A stretch of 62,662 bases of DNA, filler included, from 4 parts of 4 records of this genome joined end to end with filler, not necessarily neighbours in it, one strand, 5' to 3'; shown: positions 38,746-50,022, numbered from the whole stretch's first letter. Notes: generated from the sequence alone by a model not told the origin. Numbers and translations: made by a program.

Positions 38746-41700
38746 CTATTCAAGAACCCCGGGCTGAGGCTCGGGGTTTTCTATTTTGGGCTCAACACCC
38801 TCGCCGGCTGGCTCTTCAACCTTCGGCACGTCAGGCCCCTCTACATCGTCAACTTTACCTTTACGACCCTCAAACAGCAGGCGCAAAAAGCCAGGTGCAA
38901 GGCCGGAAAGTGGATTAACGGAAAACTCAGGGTTGGCGGTAGGTCCTTTAACACGGTAAGCCACACCAAAGATGCCTTTACCCTCACCACCCGTAAGGAT
39001 GGCGCCAAGAAGCGGTATCTTCCCTAGAAGCGCATTCAGCCCATATGCTGGCACAAATACACCATTGACGTTGATCTTCTCGGCGCGTGCGGATATCTGG
39101 CCCTCCATGGTCATGCCCAACGAAGGCCCGTTCGCTTTCATTTTGCTGATATCCAGCACACCCTGTGAATAATCGAATGGCATCTCGATAGTGCCAAGCT
39201 CAACAGCATCATCCTTCAAATATTCGTTCAACCCTTCGATGACACCCTCGCTGACTTGATCGCTGAGCTTGTTTTTGGAAACCATATAGGAATCGCGAAT
39301 ATTAATGGTTCCCTGAATGTGAAGGTCATTCCCCCAGCCAGATGTCTTGCCACTGAGCTCCAGTTCGCCGTCGCGCAGATGCGAGAAAAGGCCAAGTCCG
39401 CGCAGGAAATGCCCGGCATCTGGTGTTGTCACCCGCAGGTCTCGCAGCGCCTGATTTTCACTCGGCGTGATATTGAGCGATAGTGCTTTTGACGTACCGT
39501 GTACTAAGGCATTGATCTCAAGCCTCTCGGGCGCACCCCCAAGGAAGCTGCCGTTCAATGTCACCGCATCCTGCTTCTCGCCATTCATCAACAGCAGTGT
39601 GTCTACGGAAAGCGCCAAGTTAAGGCGTTCAATGTCACCTTCTATTCCCTGTGCCTTACCCTCCTGTTCCGCATCCAATATCGGCCCCAGGTCGAACTGT
39701 TTCCCGGCTATATCAATCGTTGTGGAGCCATCTTCACCTTCCGTAATAGAGGCTCTGAAACTGTTCTCACCCAACTGCGTGACATCCACATCGGCAGTAA
39801 ACTGCCCGGTTCCTTCCGCGCCCCACCATATGTCGGCCCGTACATCCATATTCTCGCCGTTTACGATGAGGGGCGACAGGCTTGTCCGATCGTCGTCGAA
39901 TATAACGGTGCCAGTTACCGTGGCAGGCGAAGATGCTTCTTTTCGCCAGGACAGATGACGTTCTTTCAAAATCGCACCCGTGGTGTCGGCGGAGAAATAG
40001 CCGCGACTGAATGAGAAGTTACGACCAATGAACGTCGCCTCCGCCAAAACCCGGCCGGATAGATAGGGCGATACGTCAACGCCAAGCGCCATGATATCAT
40101 TTTCATCAACCGCACCGGATAGGACGATCTCTGTTGTCGTGGCTGCCGGGTCATCTCTCCCTGCCACGAGATCTTCCCGCCAGTATAGGGCGAGAGGAAT
40201 CCCGTTCATGCGGCCTGCACCCTCAGCAGCAACACTATCCTTGTCAACCAGCAGGGTAAGGTCGCCCTCCGTTAGGCCCTCGCCGCCAAGCAGGTCGGCA
40301 ACGGTGGTGTTCATAATGCTGGCATTCACCTCATAGGTTACGTCATCTGCCGGCAGGTCTTTGATAAGCGGCAGTGAAATCACCGCGCGAACATGGGCAT
40401 CACCGTTGACCCGCGACACATCAAACCCCATTTTCTGGGGAACGCGTAACGGCTCGTGATCGATAACGTCCATGATGGTGGCAACATCGCCGCTCAATCG
40501 TAGGTCAAACATACCTGTGGCACCGTTGCGCACATCAATGTCCGTCATATGGATCGTAGTGCCCGCAATCGGCATATCCTCAATTGAACCTGCGGTGAGC
40601 TCGAGGTCAAACACATCACGCGTGAGAACGCCCTGCCCAGCTGCACGCTTAATTTGAGGCATTGATAAAAGATAATATGTATCGAGATTATCGAAGCCAA
40701 AGGTGAGCCTATAAGGGCTACCACCATCAAACCCCCCACCTGTTGTCGGGTTCCAGTCCACTTCAAAACTGACGTTATGCGTACGGCCACTAATAATATG
40801 ACTATCTATCCACGCCCTTGCGCCGCGCGGTGTTCCGTCAGGGTGCACCGCTATCGGCCAATATTGTAGCACCTCAGGGATAGTAACCTCTTTCACCCTT
40901 GCTGTTAGCTGTACAGCTGGCGCTTGTTCATCAGCAATCCAATAAAATAGGCCTTCGCCAGATATCACGCGGCTCAACGTCGCGATTTCAATGCCGTCGA
41001 AAACGAGGGTGTTTTCACCCGCCTCATATCTCCCCGTGATCAAACCGTACCTTATGGTTGAGCCGCCCGGGAAGGAAACCGGATGCACGAGCTCCCCTTC
41101 GTCCAGAGTCGCGGAAAAGCGTGCTAGCTCCAGCCCGCGTGCGGCTGAAAGCTCAACATCAACGTCAAGGGCGACAGGCACGTTCAGGTAACTGACAACT
41201 TCCGGCAAGTCTGTGAGTATTGAAAGCGAAGACGGCCGAAACTCACTAAAGCTCAACGACAGTTCCATATCACCGAGAAATGGCTCCGCGGTCCCCTGTA
41301 GCCTGATTTGTGTTGGTGTTTCGGCCAGGCGGGCATCAATGACAGCATCAAGCGCCAGTGTCTGCAACCTGCGCGTAACGGTCAGGCGCGGTACCGCAAA
41401 TTCAGCGTTCTCAAGCCCTTCGGTCCGAACCAGCCCCACAAGCACGTTAGTGAAGGATACCTGATCAAGCGCAGGTGCATTATTGAGAAGACGAGCGCCA
41501 AACCGGCTGAACGCCTCACTTACAGGCTTAAACACTTCAGGGGTAGGCACACCGCTCTCACCATAGAGCGCGTTAAGCGTGCCCTCGTCCGAAGCATCAC
41601 TAAAGCCGCCCAGGTTGGAAACCAATACCTGAGCCCGATCGATCTCTACGGTTGAGAAGCTGACGTTGGTAAAAAAATCTGTGAAAGCAAGCGCAACACG

Positions 41701-41988
41701 TGCCTCTGGTACAAATGCCGTAAGCCGGTTTCGTCGGTCAATGAAGCGTACATCCTGTAGCGAAACCCATGGCCGCACACGCCGCCAATCCCAGCCAACC
41801 TCAGCTTCTTCAAAACTAACCAACCAACCAGGTAAAAGTTCTTTTGTTTGGCTAATAACGGCGTCACGCGCGAAACCAAGATCAATTGGCGCAATCAATA
41901 GACGCACGAAAAGAAGGGTTCCGAGCAGCAATCCTGCTGTCGCGACCCATATCCCTGACCGAACGACTATTCCCACTGAACGCTTCAA
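38746..41988 (-). CDS. YhdP/AsmA-like (DUF3971) envelope protein
   Basis: N-terminal TM, beta-rich 1080 aa, YWP...ARAWI, VPAYGLN...IPLLG, VNPLSGLAPGFLR. Confidence 0.82.
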   Translation of the reverse strand: MKRSVGIVVRSGIWVATAGLLLGTLLFVRLLIAPIDLGFARDAVISQTKELLPGWLVSFEEAEVGWDWRRVRPWVSLQDVRFIDRRNRLTAFVPEARVALAFTDFFTNVSFSTVEIDRAQVLVSNLGGFSDASDEGTLNALYGESGVPTPEVFKPVSEAFSRFGARLLNNAPALDQVSFTNVLVGLVRTEGLENAEFAVPRLTVTRRLQTLALDAVIDARLAETPTQIRLQGTAEPFLGDMELSLSFSEFRPSSLSILTDLPEVVSYLNVPVALDVDVELSAARGLELARFSATLDEGELVHPVSFPGGSTIRYGLITGRYEAGENTLVFDGIEIATLSRVISGEGLFYWIADEQAPAVQLTARVKEVTIPEVLQYWPIAVHPDGTPRGARAWIDSHIISGRTHNVSFEVDWNPTTGGGFDGGSPYRLTFGFDNLDTYYLLSMPQIKRAAGQGVLTRDVFDLELTAGSIEDMPIAGTTIHMTDIDVRNGATGMFDLRLSGDVATIMDVIDHEPLRVPQKMGFDVSRVNGDAHVRAVISLPLIKDLPADDVTYEVNASIMNTTVADLLGGEGLTEGDLTLLVDKDSVAAEGAGRMNGIPLALYWREDLVAGRDDPAATTTEIVLSGAVDENDIMALGVDVSPYLSGRVLAEATFIGRNFSFSRGYFSADTTGAILKERHLSWRKEASSPATVTGTVIFDDDRTSLSPLIVNGENMDVRADIWWGAEGTGQFTADVDVTQLGENSFRASITEGEDGSTTIDIAGKQFDLGPILDAEQEGKAQGIEGDIERLNLALSVDTLLLMNGEKQDAVTLNGSFLGGAPERLEINALVHGTSKALSLNITPSENQALRDLRVTTPDAGHFLRGLGLFSHLRDGELELSGKTSGWGNDLHIQGTINIRDSYMVSKNKLSDQVSEGVIEGLNEYLKDDAVELGTIEMPFDYSQGVLDISKMKANGPSLGMTMEGQISARAEKINVNGVFVPAYGLNALLGKIPLLGAILTGGEGKGIFGVAYRVKGPTANPEFSVNPLSGLAPGFLRLLFEGRKGKVDDVEGPDVPKVEEPAGEGVEPKIENPEPQPGVLE

Positions 41989-42087
41989 TGCCCTCGCCTA
42001 CAATACTGAAAGACACTTGATTTGATACGGCAAGGTATGAACACTCCCTGTATCTCGCAATGTAATTTATGGACCTATCAACATCTT

Positions 42088-45024
42088 ATGCCCAATAAAC
42101 CCACATATCCAGCAGCGCATGATAGCCAGAAAGCCGACGAAATTTGGGCAACCCTTGAAGAATTTGCGCATTCAAGCGACGAAAATACAATTGATGTTGC
42201 CAAAGCGGACAAAAATCTCGCCTGCGCGCTGTTTGGCAACAGCCCGTTCCTTTCAGCGATTGCGCGCCGCCAGCCGGCTCTTGCACTCAATGTTCTCTCG
42301 GGCGAGCCTGACCAGCAGTTTGATGCACTGCTCGCAAAAATGGCTGAAGCGAGACCTGATGGCGAAACGACCGCAGACCTGATGGCTTTCTTGCGAATCC
42401 AAAAGGCGGCCGTCGCCCTACTGACCGCCGCCGCAGATGTCGCATCTTGGTGGAGCTTGGAACAAGTGACTTCCGCGCTAAGCCGATTTGCTGATGCAGC
42501 GCTTGAACTGGCGCTGGCCCATCTGTTGCACCCGCGCATGAAAGCGGGAGAGCTCGCCTGGCCAAAGGGAGCGCCCGAACCTGTATCTCCCGGGCTCAGC
42601 AAAAAAAGCGGATATTTTGTCCTGGGCATGGGCAAACTTGGCGCGTTCGAGCTGAATTATTCATCTGATATTGACCTGATCGTGCTTTATGATGCCGCCC
42701 GCGCAAAATACCTAGGGTCAAAATCCCTAAGCCATTGTTTTATAAAAATAACGCAGGATCTGGTCCAGATTATGGAGCAGCGCACCATGCACGGCTACGT
42801 CTTTCGGACCGACCTCCGGCTCCGCCCAGATCCGGGCGCCACGCCCGTCGCGATCTCCATAGATGCCGCCGAGAGCTATTATCATTCCATGGCTGTAAAC
42901 TGGGAGCGGTCGGCAATGATTAAAGCGCGTGTCGTCGCGGGCGATATGGAGGCAGGAGAAGACTATCTCAACACCATGGCGCGTTGGGTTTGGCGCAAAA
43001 ATATGGACTTTGTTGCACTCCGGGACATCGCGGCAATAAAGAATCAGATCAACCGACATTATGGCCAAACCAACACCAGTTTCGAGGGATATGACGTAAA
43101 ACTCGGGCATGGTGGCATTCGGGAGATCGAGTTTTTTGCTCAGGTAAACCAACTATTATATGCAGGCAGGCACCCCGGCTTGCGTGTGCGAGGCACCTTG
43201 GATGCGCTCGAGACCATGGTAACAGAGCAGCTTATTGAAGCTGGAACCTACAAAGAGCTCCTTGAAGCTTACCGCTTTCTACGCACACTCGAACACCGCA
43301 TACAAATGGTTGACGACGCACAGACACACTCAATCCCTGAAATTGAAGATGCAATCCATCGAATAGCTATCTTTATGGGCTTCCCGGACATTGCTAGGCT
43401 TGAGAAAGCACTGCGGGCTCACGCGGAAAAGGTAAGCGCGCACTATGATGCCTTATTGCCGGAGGAAACAGCATCCACAACCCCCGCTGGATACACTGAA
43501 GCAAACTTGCCTGAGCAGCTGAAGGAACTTGGGTTTGACGATACCGGGGCCGCAACCGCGATGATAGAGGGCTGGCGACGTGGGCGGCACCGTGCGTTGA
43601 GAACCGAACGTGCCAAGGGCCTCTTGGAACAGATTTTACCCGACCTCCTCAAGGCATTTTCAGAGACACAACAACCTATCTCCGCGCTGACGAGGTTTGA
43701 CAAGTTTATCTCTCAACTCCCCGCAGGCGTGCAGCTTTTCTCTCTTATGCAGTCAAACCCCTCCCTCTTTGGGTTGATGGCCCGTATGATGGGATTGGCC
43801 CCTGCCCTGGCGGAGACACTAGCCAAAAAACCCGAGCTTTGGGATTCGGTACTAGAGCCAGATTTTTTTGATCCGCTTGAGCCCGAAAAGGATCTGGCCA
43901 GCTACCTCAGGCAGATGCTGTCTAGTGCAAAAGACTATCAGGATGTCTTGGATATCGTGCGCAGATTCGTCGCCGACGGGCGCTTCAGAATAGGCATACA
44001 GCTTCTGGAAGCCCTGGCTGACGTCAGGGAGAGTGGCGAGGGCATGACCCGTCTTGCAGACGTTTCCCTCAGGCAGTTGATTGCCGCAGTTGAAGATGAG
44101 TTTGCCGAGAAGCATGGTCGTTTTGAAGGTGGCGGCATTGCTGTTGTTGCCATGGGGAAATATGGTGGGCGCGAGCTCACAAGCACATCAGACCTAGATA
44201 TCGTATTCCTCTACCACGTGCCTGATATGAATGCGGAATCAGATGGGGTAAAACCGCTTTCTCCAAGTCAGTATTTTTCCCGCCTTGGTCAGCATATCAT
44301 TACGGCTATCACTGCTCTCACACCCGAAGGGCGCCTTTTTGAGGTCGACACAAGGCTACGTCCTTCGGGACAACAGGGGCCGCTGGTTGTCACGCTCAAG
44401 ACATTCTCAGACTATTACATTCAATCCGCCTGGACGTGGGAACATATGGCATTAACTCGCGCCCGTATTCTCATCGCACCAGAGGCCATCAAGGCGCCAC
44501 TGGAGCAAACGATCACACAGGTCCTCACGGCACCAAGGGACGCAGCCCAACTGCTACTTCACGTCCATGACATGCGGTTGAAGCTCAACAGCCAGTTTGG
44601 CACGGAGAATATGTGGGCAATCAAAAACGTTCGGGGTGGCCTGATTGATATGGAGTTTATCACTCAGTACCTCATGTTGCGTGAAGGCCATAAAAACCCG
44701 GATATCTTTAGTCCTGACTTAGGTACAGCTATTGATCGCCTTCAAGGTATCGGGGCACTCACCGCAAGTGGGGCCAACCTACTGCACAAGGCTCATATAT
44801 TTGAGCAGAATGTACAGTCCTTGTTGAGGCTTTGCTTGGGCAGCTCACAGGTCATTGACACCCAGATTTCAATAGGTATTCGCGAGGTTCTCTGTCGGCT
44901 CACACAGTCCGAGACGTTCGATGCTTTGAAGGACGAGCTGCTATTGCACCAGAGCGCCGTATACAGCTTGTTCCAAGATATGATAGAGAAACCCGCAATC
45001 GAAGCGACCAAGAATACTGAATAA
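42088..45024 (+). CDS. glnE: Glutamine synthetase adenylyltransferase/deadenylase
   Basis: Two nucleotidyltransferase domains (MGKLGAFELNYSSDIDL; MGKYGGRELTSTSDLD), DLRLRPDP, KLGHGGIREIEF; start uncertain. Confidence 0.95.
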   Translation: MPNKPTYPAAHDSQKADEIWATLEEFAHSSDENTIDVAKADKNLACALFGNSPFLSAIARRQPALALNVLSGEPDQQFDALLAKMAEARPDGETTADLMAFLRIQKAAVALLTAAADVASWWSLEQVTSALSRFADAALELALAHLLHPRMKAGELAWPKGAPEPVSPGLSKKSGYFVLGMGKLGAFELNYSSDIDLIVLYDAARAKYLGSKSLSHCFIKITQDLVQIMEQRTMHGYVFRTDLRLRPDPGATPVAISIDAAESYYHSMAVNWERSAMIKARVVAGDMEAGEDYLNTMARWVWRKNMDFVALRDIAAIKNQINRHYGQTNTSFEGYDVKLGHGGIREIEFFAQVNQLLYAGRHPGLRVRGTLDALETMVTEQLIEAGTYKELLEAYRFLRTLEHRIQMVDDAQTHSIPEIEDAIHRIAIFMGFPDIARLEKALRAHAEKVSAHYDALLPEETASTTPAGYTEANLPEQLKELGFDDTGAATAMIEGWRRGRHRALRTERAKGLLEQILPDLLKAFSETQQPISALTRFDKFISQLPAGVQLFSLMQSNPSLFGLMARMMGLAPALAETLAKKPELWDSVLEPDFFDPLEPEKDLASYLRQMLSSAKDYQDVLDIVRRFVADGRFRIGIQLLEALADVRESGEGMTRLADVSLRQLIAAVEDEFAEKHGRFEGGGIAVVAMGKYGGRELTSTSDLDIVFLYHVPDMNAESDGVKPLSPSQYFSRLGQHIITAITALTPEGRLFEVDTRLRPSGQQGPLVVTLKTFSDYYIQSAWTWEHMALTRARILIAPEAIKAPLEQTITQVLTAPRDAAQLLLHVHDMRLKLNSQFGTENMWAIKNVRGGLIDMEFITQYLMLREGHKNPDIFSPDLGTAIDRLQGIGALTASGANLLHKAHIFEQNVQSLLRLCLGSSQVIDTQISIGIREVLCRLTQSETFDALKDELLLHQSAVYSLFQDMIEKPAIEATKNTE

Positions 45025-45038
45025 TCAAGGAGGAACGC

Positions 45039-45503
45039 ATGACCGTCCAAGTTGGCGCCCCAGCACCAGATTTTGCACTACCCGGCGACAATGGTGAAAC
45101 CATCACGCTTTCTGCTTTGCGCGGAAAGCACGTTGTTCTCTATTTCTACCCAAAAGATGATACGCCGGGATGTACGACGGAGGCGAAAGACTTCACGGCA
45201 ATGGCCGACGATTTCGCCGCTGCGGGTGCCCTGGTTGTTGGCATGTCACGCGACACAGCAACGAAACATGACAAGTTTATCGCCAAGCATGACCTCAAGG
45301 TAAAACTCGCGGCTGATGTTGATGGCGACGTCACCGAAGCCTACGGCGTCTGGGTTGAGAAGAACATGTATGGCCGCACCTATATGGGCATTGAGCGCGC
45401 CACGTTCCTGATCGACGATAAAGGCATTGTACGGGAAGTTTGGCGCAAAGTTCGTGTAAAAGGCCATGCGCAAGCTGTTCTCGACGCTGTGAAAGCGCTT
45501 TGA
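45039..45503 (+). CDS. bcp: Thioredoxin-dependent peroxiredoxin BCP
   Basis: YFYPKDDTPGCTTEA, EKNMYG, IERATFLID. Confidence 0.95.
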   Translation: MTVQVGAPAPDFALPGDNGETITLSALRGKHVVLYFYPKDDTPGCTTEAKDFTAMADDFAAAGALVVGMSRDTATKHDKFIAKHDLKVKLAADVDGDVTEAYGVWVEKNMYGRTYMGIERATFLIDDKGIVREVWRKVRVKGHAQAVLDAVKAL

Positions 45504-45507
45504 CTTC

Positions 45508-46326
45508 ATGAGCAATGATTGGAAGACAATTGGCGAGGCAGCCGTCGCTGTGCTCAAGACCGAGCGCGCGCGTACGAAGGCTGAGACCGCGCGTGCGGTC
45601 GCAGCAGCCTGGCGCGCTGGTAAGCTGAAAGACGACTATAACGTCAGGCCGCCTTCCAGACCGGCACGCCCCGCACAGCCTCAACTGTTGGCCCCTGGTG
45701 ACATGCCGAAACGGCGCAAAGGCGGTAGCGAGAGCAATAAGCGAGCGCTTTTACATGCTGTGGCTCATATCGAGCTGAATGCTATCGATCTCGCTTTCGA
45801 CATTGTGGCGCGTTTTGGCGAGTTTATGCCGCGCACGTTCACCGATGACTGGATTCAAGTTGGAGACGACGAAGCCAGACACTTCGCACTCCTTAGCGCT
45901 CGCCTGAAGGCGCATGATAGCTTTTACGGCGACCTACCCGCGCATGACGGCTTATGGCAGTCAGCGGAAGACACCAAAGACAGCCTTCCGGCACGCCTGG
46001 CTATCGTTCCCATGGTACTCGAGGCACGAGGACTTGACGTCACGCCAAAAATGGTTGAGCAGTTCAAGCGAAACGGTGATCCGACATCAGCAGAAGTCCT
46101 TCAAACAATTTACGAGGAAGAAGTCGCTCATGTAGCGGCTGGTACTCGCTGGTTTAAATATATGGCAAAAAAAGGCGAGCTAGACGCTGACGCATGGTTC
46201 AAGGAGTTGGTGCAGGAATACTTTAACGGACACCTTAAAAGGCCGTTCAATAAACCTGCTCGCAGCCGTGCCGGTATGCCGCCAAGCTTCTATGAACCCC
46301 TTGCAGAGTTGCTGGAAGCAGAATAA
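45508..46326 (+). CDS. Ferritin-like DUF455 protein
   Basis: LHAVAHIELNAIDLA, DEARHF, AHDGLW, LEARGLDVTP, EEVAHV. Confidence 0.88.
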   Translation: MSNDWKTIGEAAVAVLKTERARTKAETARAVAAAWRAGKLKDDYNVRPPSRPARPAQPQLLAPGDMPKRRKGGSESNKRALLHAVAHIELNAIDLAFDIVARFGEFMPRTFTDDWIQVGDDEARHFALLSARLKAHDSFYGDLPAHDGLWQSAEDTKDSLPARLAIVPMVLEARGLDVTPKMVEQFKRNGDPTSAEVLQTIYEEEVAHVAAGTRWFKYMAKKGELDADAWFKELVQEYFNGHLKRPFNKPARSRAGMPPSFYEPLAELLEAE

Positions 46327-46460
46327 GAAGCTTGACCAAAGGCCCTAAAATGGGTGGAATGCAGACAAAATTAACCGAATAGTACAATAATAATCATAGT
46401 GTTGGGTCAGGGGCGACCCTTGAGTATCAGGGTACGGAAACGACGAGGCGTGGGCAGTAC

Positions 46461-47732
46461 GTGGCTAACGAGTTGACATTATTAGATAAATTTCATGCGT
46501 TCCGGGCTAGGTATTTCCCTGAGCGCCAGTTGTTCTTGCGAAGTGAAGGCCGCGTAAGGTTCCTTACCATTGGTAGCTACACGCAGATGTCAATAGCATC
46601 TGCACTATCAATTTCGCTGATTTGGGGCGGCGTTACCTCATACGCGTACCTGAGCAGTGATCTGACATTGCAGGAAAAAAACCGCACAATCTCGACCATG
46701 AGCGCACAATATCAGGCACTCTCAAGTGACTTTTCTGCCCTTGAGGTGGAAGTTGAACGCCGTGCACTTCAACTTGAGACACGCCAGAAGTTCCTTGAAG
46801 AAATGGTAGGCACACCGGCAGAGGCCCTGCCCGAAGCAGCCACCATTGACCAAGAGGGCGACGACGCATCATCGGCTGAAGCTGGCCCAAATACGTCCGA
46901 AAATCTGAATCCTGCAGCGCAGGATTCTACGTTTATCGAGCGTATTTTTGGTACAGGTACAGCTCAAGCCGCTGTTCACTCGAATATCGACCGGCGGAAA
47001 AACTTACTATATCGCCTGCAAGACATGGAAATGCGCCAGCGCAGCCTCGCCACTTCAATGCGCGACAATGCCTTTAAAGAACTCGCTGCTATTGATAGTG
47101 TGTTGGCGCCTACCAAGCTTGGGAGCACAGACCTTATTGATAAGCTCACTACAAACGTAGACGCCCAAGGCGGTCCGTTTGTGGCGGATGTCACTTTTGA
47201 GCCTATTTTTAACGCGGAAGACGGAAATATTTACGCAGAATTGTTCACAGGGCGTCAGCGCCTTGAGATGGTCACAATGGTTCTCGATAGTTTCCCCGTC
47301 GGCAAACCAGCTGAGAAATATTATCTTTCCAGTAAATTTGGCCGTCGCAAGGACCCATTGAAGAAAACTTGGGCAAATCATCCAGGGCTTGACCTCGCCG
47401 GCTGGCCCGGCACTGCGATTTATACAACCGCCCGCGGTAAGGTGGTGCATGCGGGATGGTATGGCCCATACGGAAATATGGTGGAGGTTGACCATGGTAA
47501 CGGTTTCAAGACCCGCTATGGCCATCTGCGCAAGATACGGGTCGCAAAGGGAGACGAGGTAACATTGGGTCAACGTTTAGGCGACATGGGCAAGACAGGC
47601 CGTGTTACTGGAACACACCTTCATTACGAGGTGTGGTTCGATGGAAAAGTCCGCGACCCAATGCCTTATATGAAAGCAGCAAACGATGTTCTCGAAATCC
47701 AAGGAAGACATGAAAAAACCAGCCAGCAATAA
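46461..47732 (+). CDS. M23 peptidoglycan endopeptidase with N-terminal TM and coiled coil (LmdC-like)
   Basis: YFPERQLFLRS N-terminus, TM, coiled coil, HPGLD and HLHYEV Zn motifs. Confidence 0.88.
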   Translation: MANELTLLDKFHAFRARYFPERQLFLRSEGRVRFLTIGSYTQMSIASALSISLIWGGVTSYAYLSSDLTLQEKNRTISTMSAQYQALSSDFSALEVEVERRALQLETRQKFLEEMVGTPAEALPEAATIDQEGDDASSAEAGPNTSENLNPAAQDSTFIERIFGTGTAQAAVHSNIDRRKNLLYRLQDMEMRQRSLATSMRDNAFKELAAIDSVLAPTKLGSTDLIDKLTTNVDAQGGPFVADVTFEPIFNAEDGNIYAELFTGRQRLEMVTMVLDSFPVGKPAEKYYLSSKFGRRKDPLKKTWANHPGLDLAGWPGTAIYTTARGKVVHAGWYGPYGNMVEVDHGNGFKTRYGHLRKIRVAKGDEVTLGQRLGDMGKTGRVTGTHLHYEVWFDGKVRDPMPYMKAANDVLEIQGRHEKTSQQ

Positions 47733-48141
47733 CAACCCGGTGCCCCGCCCTGGTTCGGCGCCGACTCCATCCATCATCGGTTCAGATGTTGAAATTGAAG
47801 GCAATATCCGCACGGTAGGTGAATTGCAGCTTGATGGCAGCATTACGGGTGACCTGACCTGTGGCGGCCTCGTGATGGGCGAAAGCGGCGCTGTTAAAGG
47901 CACCATTTCGGCCGACAATGTCACGATCCGTGGTTCAGTGAACGGTGAAATTCGTGCTCGCTCTGTTCGGCTTGAGAAGAGCGCCGTGGTAGATGGCGAC
48001 GTTTATCATGAGAGCCTGTCGGTTGAATCAGGTGCGAAGCTTACCGGCCGTTTTGCCCACACATCCAGCCCAAAGGAAAAGGCAAAGTCCGCACCCGATG
48101 AGACACCATCCTTTGTCGCAAAGACATCCGCTGCCGAATAA
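47686..48141 (+). CDS. Bactofilin (polymer-forming cytoskeletal protein)
   Basis: MFSK N-terminus, PSIIGSDVEIEGNI..LQLDG..GD beta-helix repeats. Confidence 0.92.
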   Translation: MFSKSKEDMKKPASNNNPVPRPGSAPTPSIIGSDVEIEGNIRTVGELQLDGSITGDLTCGGLVMGESGAVKGTISADNVTIRGSVNGEIRARSVRLEKSAVVDGDVYHESLSVESGAKLTGRFAHTSSPKEKAKSAPDETPSFVAKTSAAE

Positions 48142-48161
48142 GCGATGACCACAATTGAAAG

Positions 48162-48192
48162 AAAAAGGGGACGCTGACGCGTCCCCTTTTTT
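48162..48192. terminator. Bidirectional intrinsic terminator
   Basis: AAAAAGGGGACGC-TGAC-GCGTCCCCTTTTTT between convergent genes. Confidence 0.88.
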
Positions 48193-48215
48193 GCTTTAGT
48201 ACCACACAATGTTGG

Positions 48216-48803
48216 TTAGGCGACTTCGTCCTGGCTCGATACGATTTTGCCAACGATCCCATAGGATACCGCATCTTCACAGCCAAGCCAGAAATCCCGG
48301 TCTACATCTGTCTCGATTTTCTCAAACTTCTGCCCTGTAGCGTCGGCAAAAATCTTGTTGAGACGAGACCGCATTTTAACGATCTGCACAGCCTGAATAT
48401 CGATGTTGGTAGCATCACCGCGCACACCACCGGATGGTTGGTGCAATAGGAAGCGCGTATTTGGCGTCGCAAACCGGTTTTCCTTATCAGCTGCCACATA
48501 AATAAGTGCACCTGCGCTTGCAACCCAGCCAGTCCCAAGCACTTTAACCGGTGACTTAACAAACTTAATCATGTCATGGATCATATCACCAGATTCCACA
48601 TGCCCGCCTGGCGACGAGATCACAATCGTGATTGGGTCATTTGATACATGATCCATCGCCATCAGACGCGCGCATGTATCGCGGGCGATATCCTGATCAA
48701 TTTCGCCTACAATAAATATCTTTCGGGCATCAAACAGAATCTTGTTGATCTGCTCACTGCCCGATTTGCCTTTTTCTTTTTCGTTATCTGTTTCTTTGCT
48801 CAC
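48216..48803 (-). CDS. clpP: ATP-dependent Clp protease proteolytic subunit
   Basis: SPGG, VASAG (Ser), LHQP (His), DRDFW (Asp). Confidence 0.9.
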   Translation of the reverse strand: MSKETDNEKEKGKSGSEQINKILFDARKIFIVGEIDQDIARDTCARLMAMDHVSNDPITIVISSPGGHVESGDMIHDMIKFVKSPVKVLGTGWVASAGALIYVAADKENRFATPNTRFLLHQPSGGVRGDATNIDIQAVQIVKMRSRLNKIFADATGQKFEKIETDVDRDFWLGCEDAVSYGIVGKIVSSQDEVA

Positions 48804-48844
48804 GTTTCATCCCCAAGTGGCTAAGCAGGCACGGTGGCCGCACA

Positions 48845-49973
48845 TTAATCTATATCTTCTACGCTCGAGTTCTCACCATGTACACGAGCTGCCAGTGCAG
48901 CCGCCATGAATGGATCGAGATCACCATCAAGTACCTTATCTGGCTGGCCAGATTCTTCGCCCGTACGCAAATCCTTCACCATCTGGTAAGGCTGCATTAC
49001 ATATGAGCGAATCTGGTGTCCCCAACCAATCTCTGTCTTTTGGGCGTTTACCGCATTGGCTTCTTCTTCACGCCGCCGCAATTCAGCCTCGTAAAGCCGT
49101 GCTTTCAACATGCTCATGGCAGCAGCGCGATTTTTATGTTGTGAGCGTTCCGCCTGGCACTGAACAACAATACCTGATGGTTGGTGGGTAATCCTGACCG
49201 CGGAGTCGGTCGTATTCACGTGCTGACCACCCGCACCGGATGCCCGGTATGTATCGACCTTGAGGTCGCCTTCGTTGATATCGATCTCAATCGAATCGTC
49301 AATCACTGGATACACCCAAACCGATGCAAAACTGGTGTGTCGACGGGCGTTGCTGTCATAGGGCGAGATACGAACAAGACGGTGAACGCCAGATTCGGTC
49401 TTGAGCCAACCGTAGGCATCCTCGCCTCTGATCTGCAGCGTCGCTGACTTAATGCCTGCTTCTTCTCCCGCCATATACTGTACCGTCTCAACCTTGAAGC
49501 CCCGCTTCTCGCCCCAGCGCATATACATACGGAACAACATCGAAGCCCAGTCCTGGCTCTCTGTCCCGCCTGCGCCCGAATGAATTTCCACGTAGGTATC
49601 ATTGCCGTCGGCCTCGCCTGACAACAGCGCTTTCAGCTCGGCCGTTTTCGCCTGTTCCGCCAATTGCTTGAGCTGGATCTCGGCCTCTTTGATCATATCT
49701 TCATCGTCTTCCATCTCTGAAAGCTCGATAATCTCAATCGTGGCCTCAAGGTCATCGCCGATTTCACGCACAGCCGTGATAGCGTCATCAAGCTTGGTGC
49801 GCTCGCGCATCAGCTTCTGTGCGTTTTGTGGGTCGTTCCAAAGGTCAGGATCTTCAGCGAGGGCATTAAGCTCCTCAAGCCTCAATAAAGCTCTATCCCA
49901 GTCAAAGATGCCTCCTCAGCAGCGCCATTGACTGCTGGAGTTGGTCTACGGTTGCCTGAGCTTCCGCACGCAT
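48845..49973 (-). CDS. prfB: Peptide chain release factor 2 with programmed +1 frameshift
   Basis: MRAEAQ...LLRRHL then CTT TGA C (49907-49901) preceded by AGGAGG (49916-49911); the downstream frame has SPY and GGQ motifs. Confidence 0.96.
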
Positions 49974-50022
49974 AAACAAAATCCTTCTATCCAGAGTGGC
50001 CCGAAACGAACGTTCGGGGCGG

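Noticed and set aside
48845-49973. prfB as a frameshifted pseudogene
   Set aside because: The canonical CTTTGAC shift site and internal SD sequence are present
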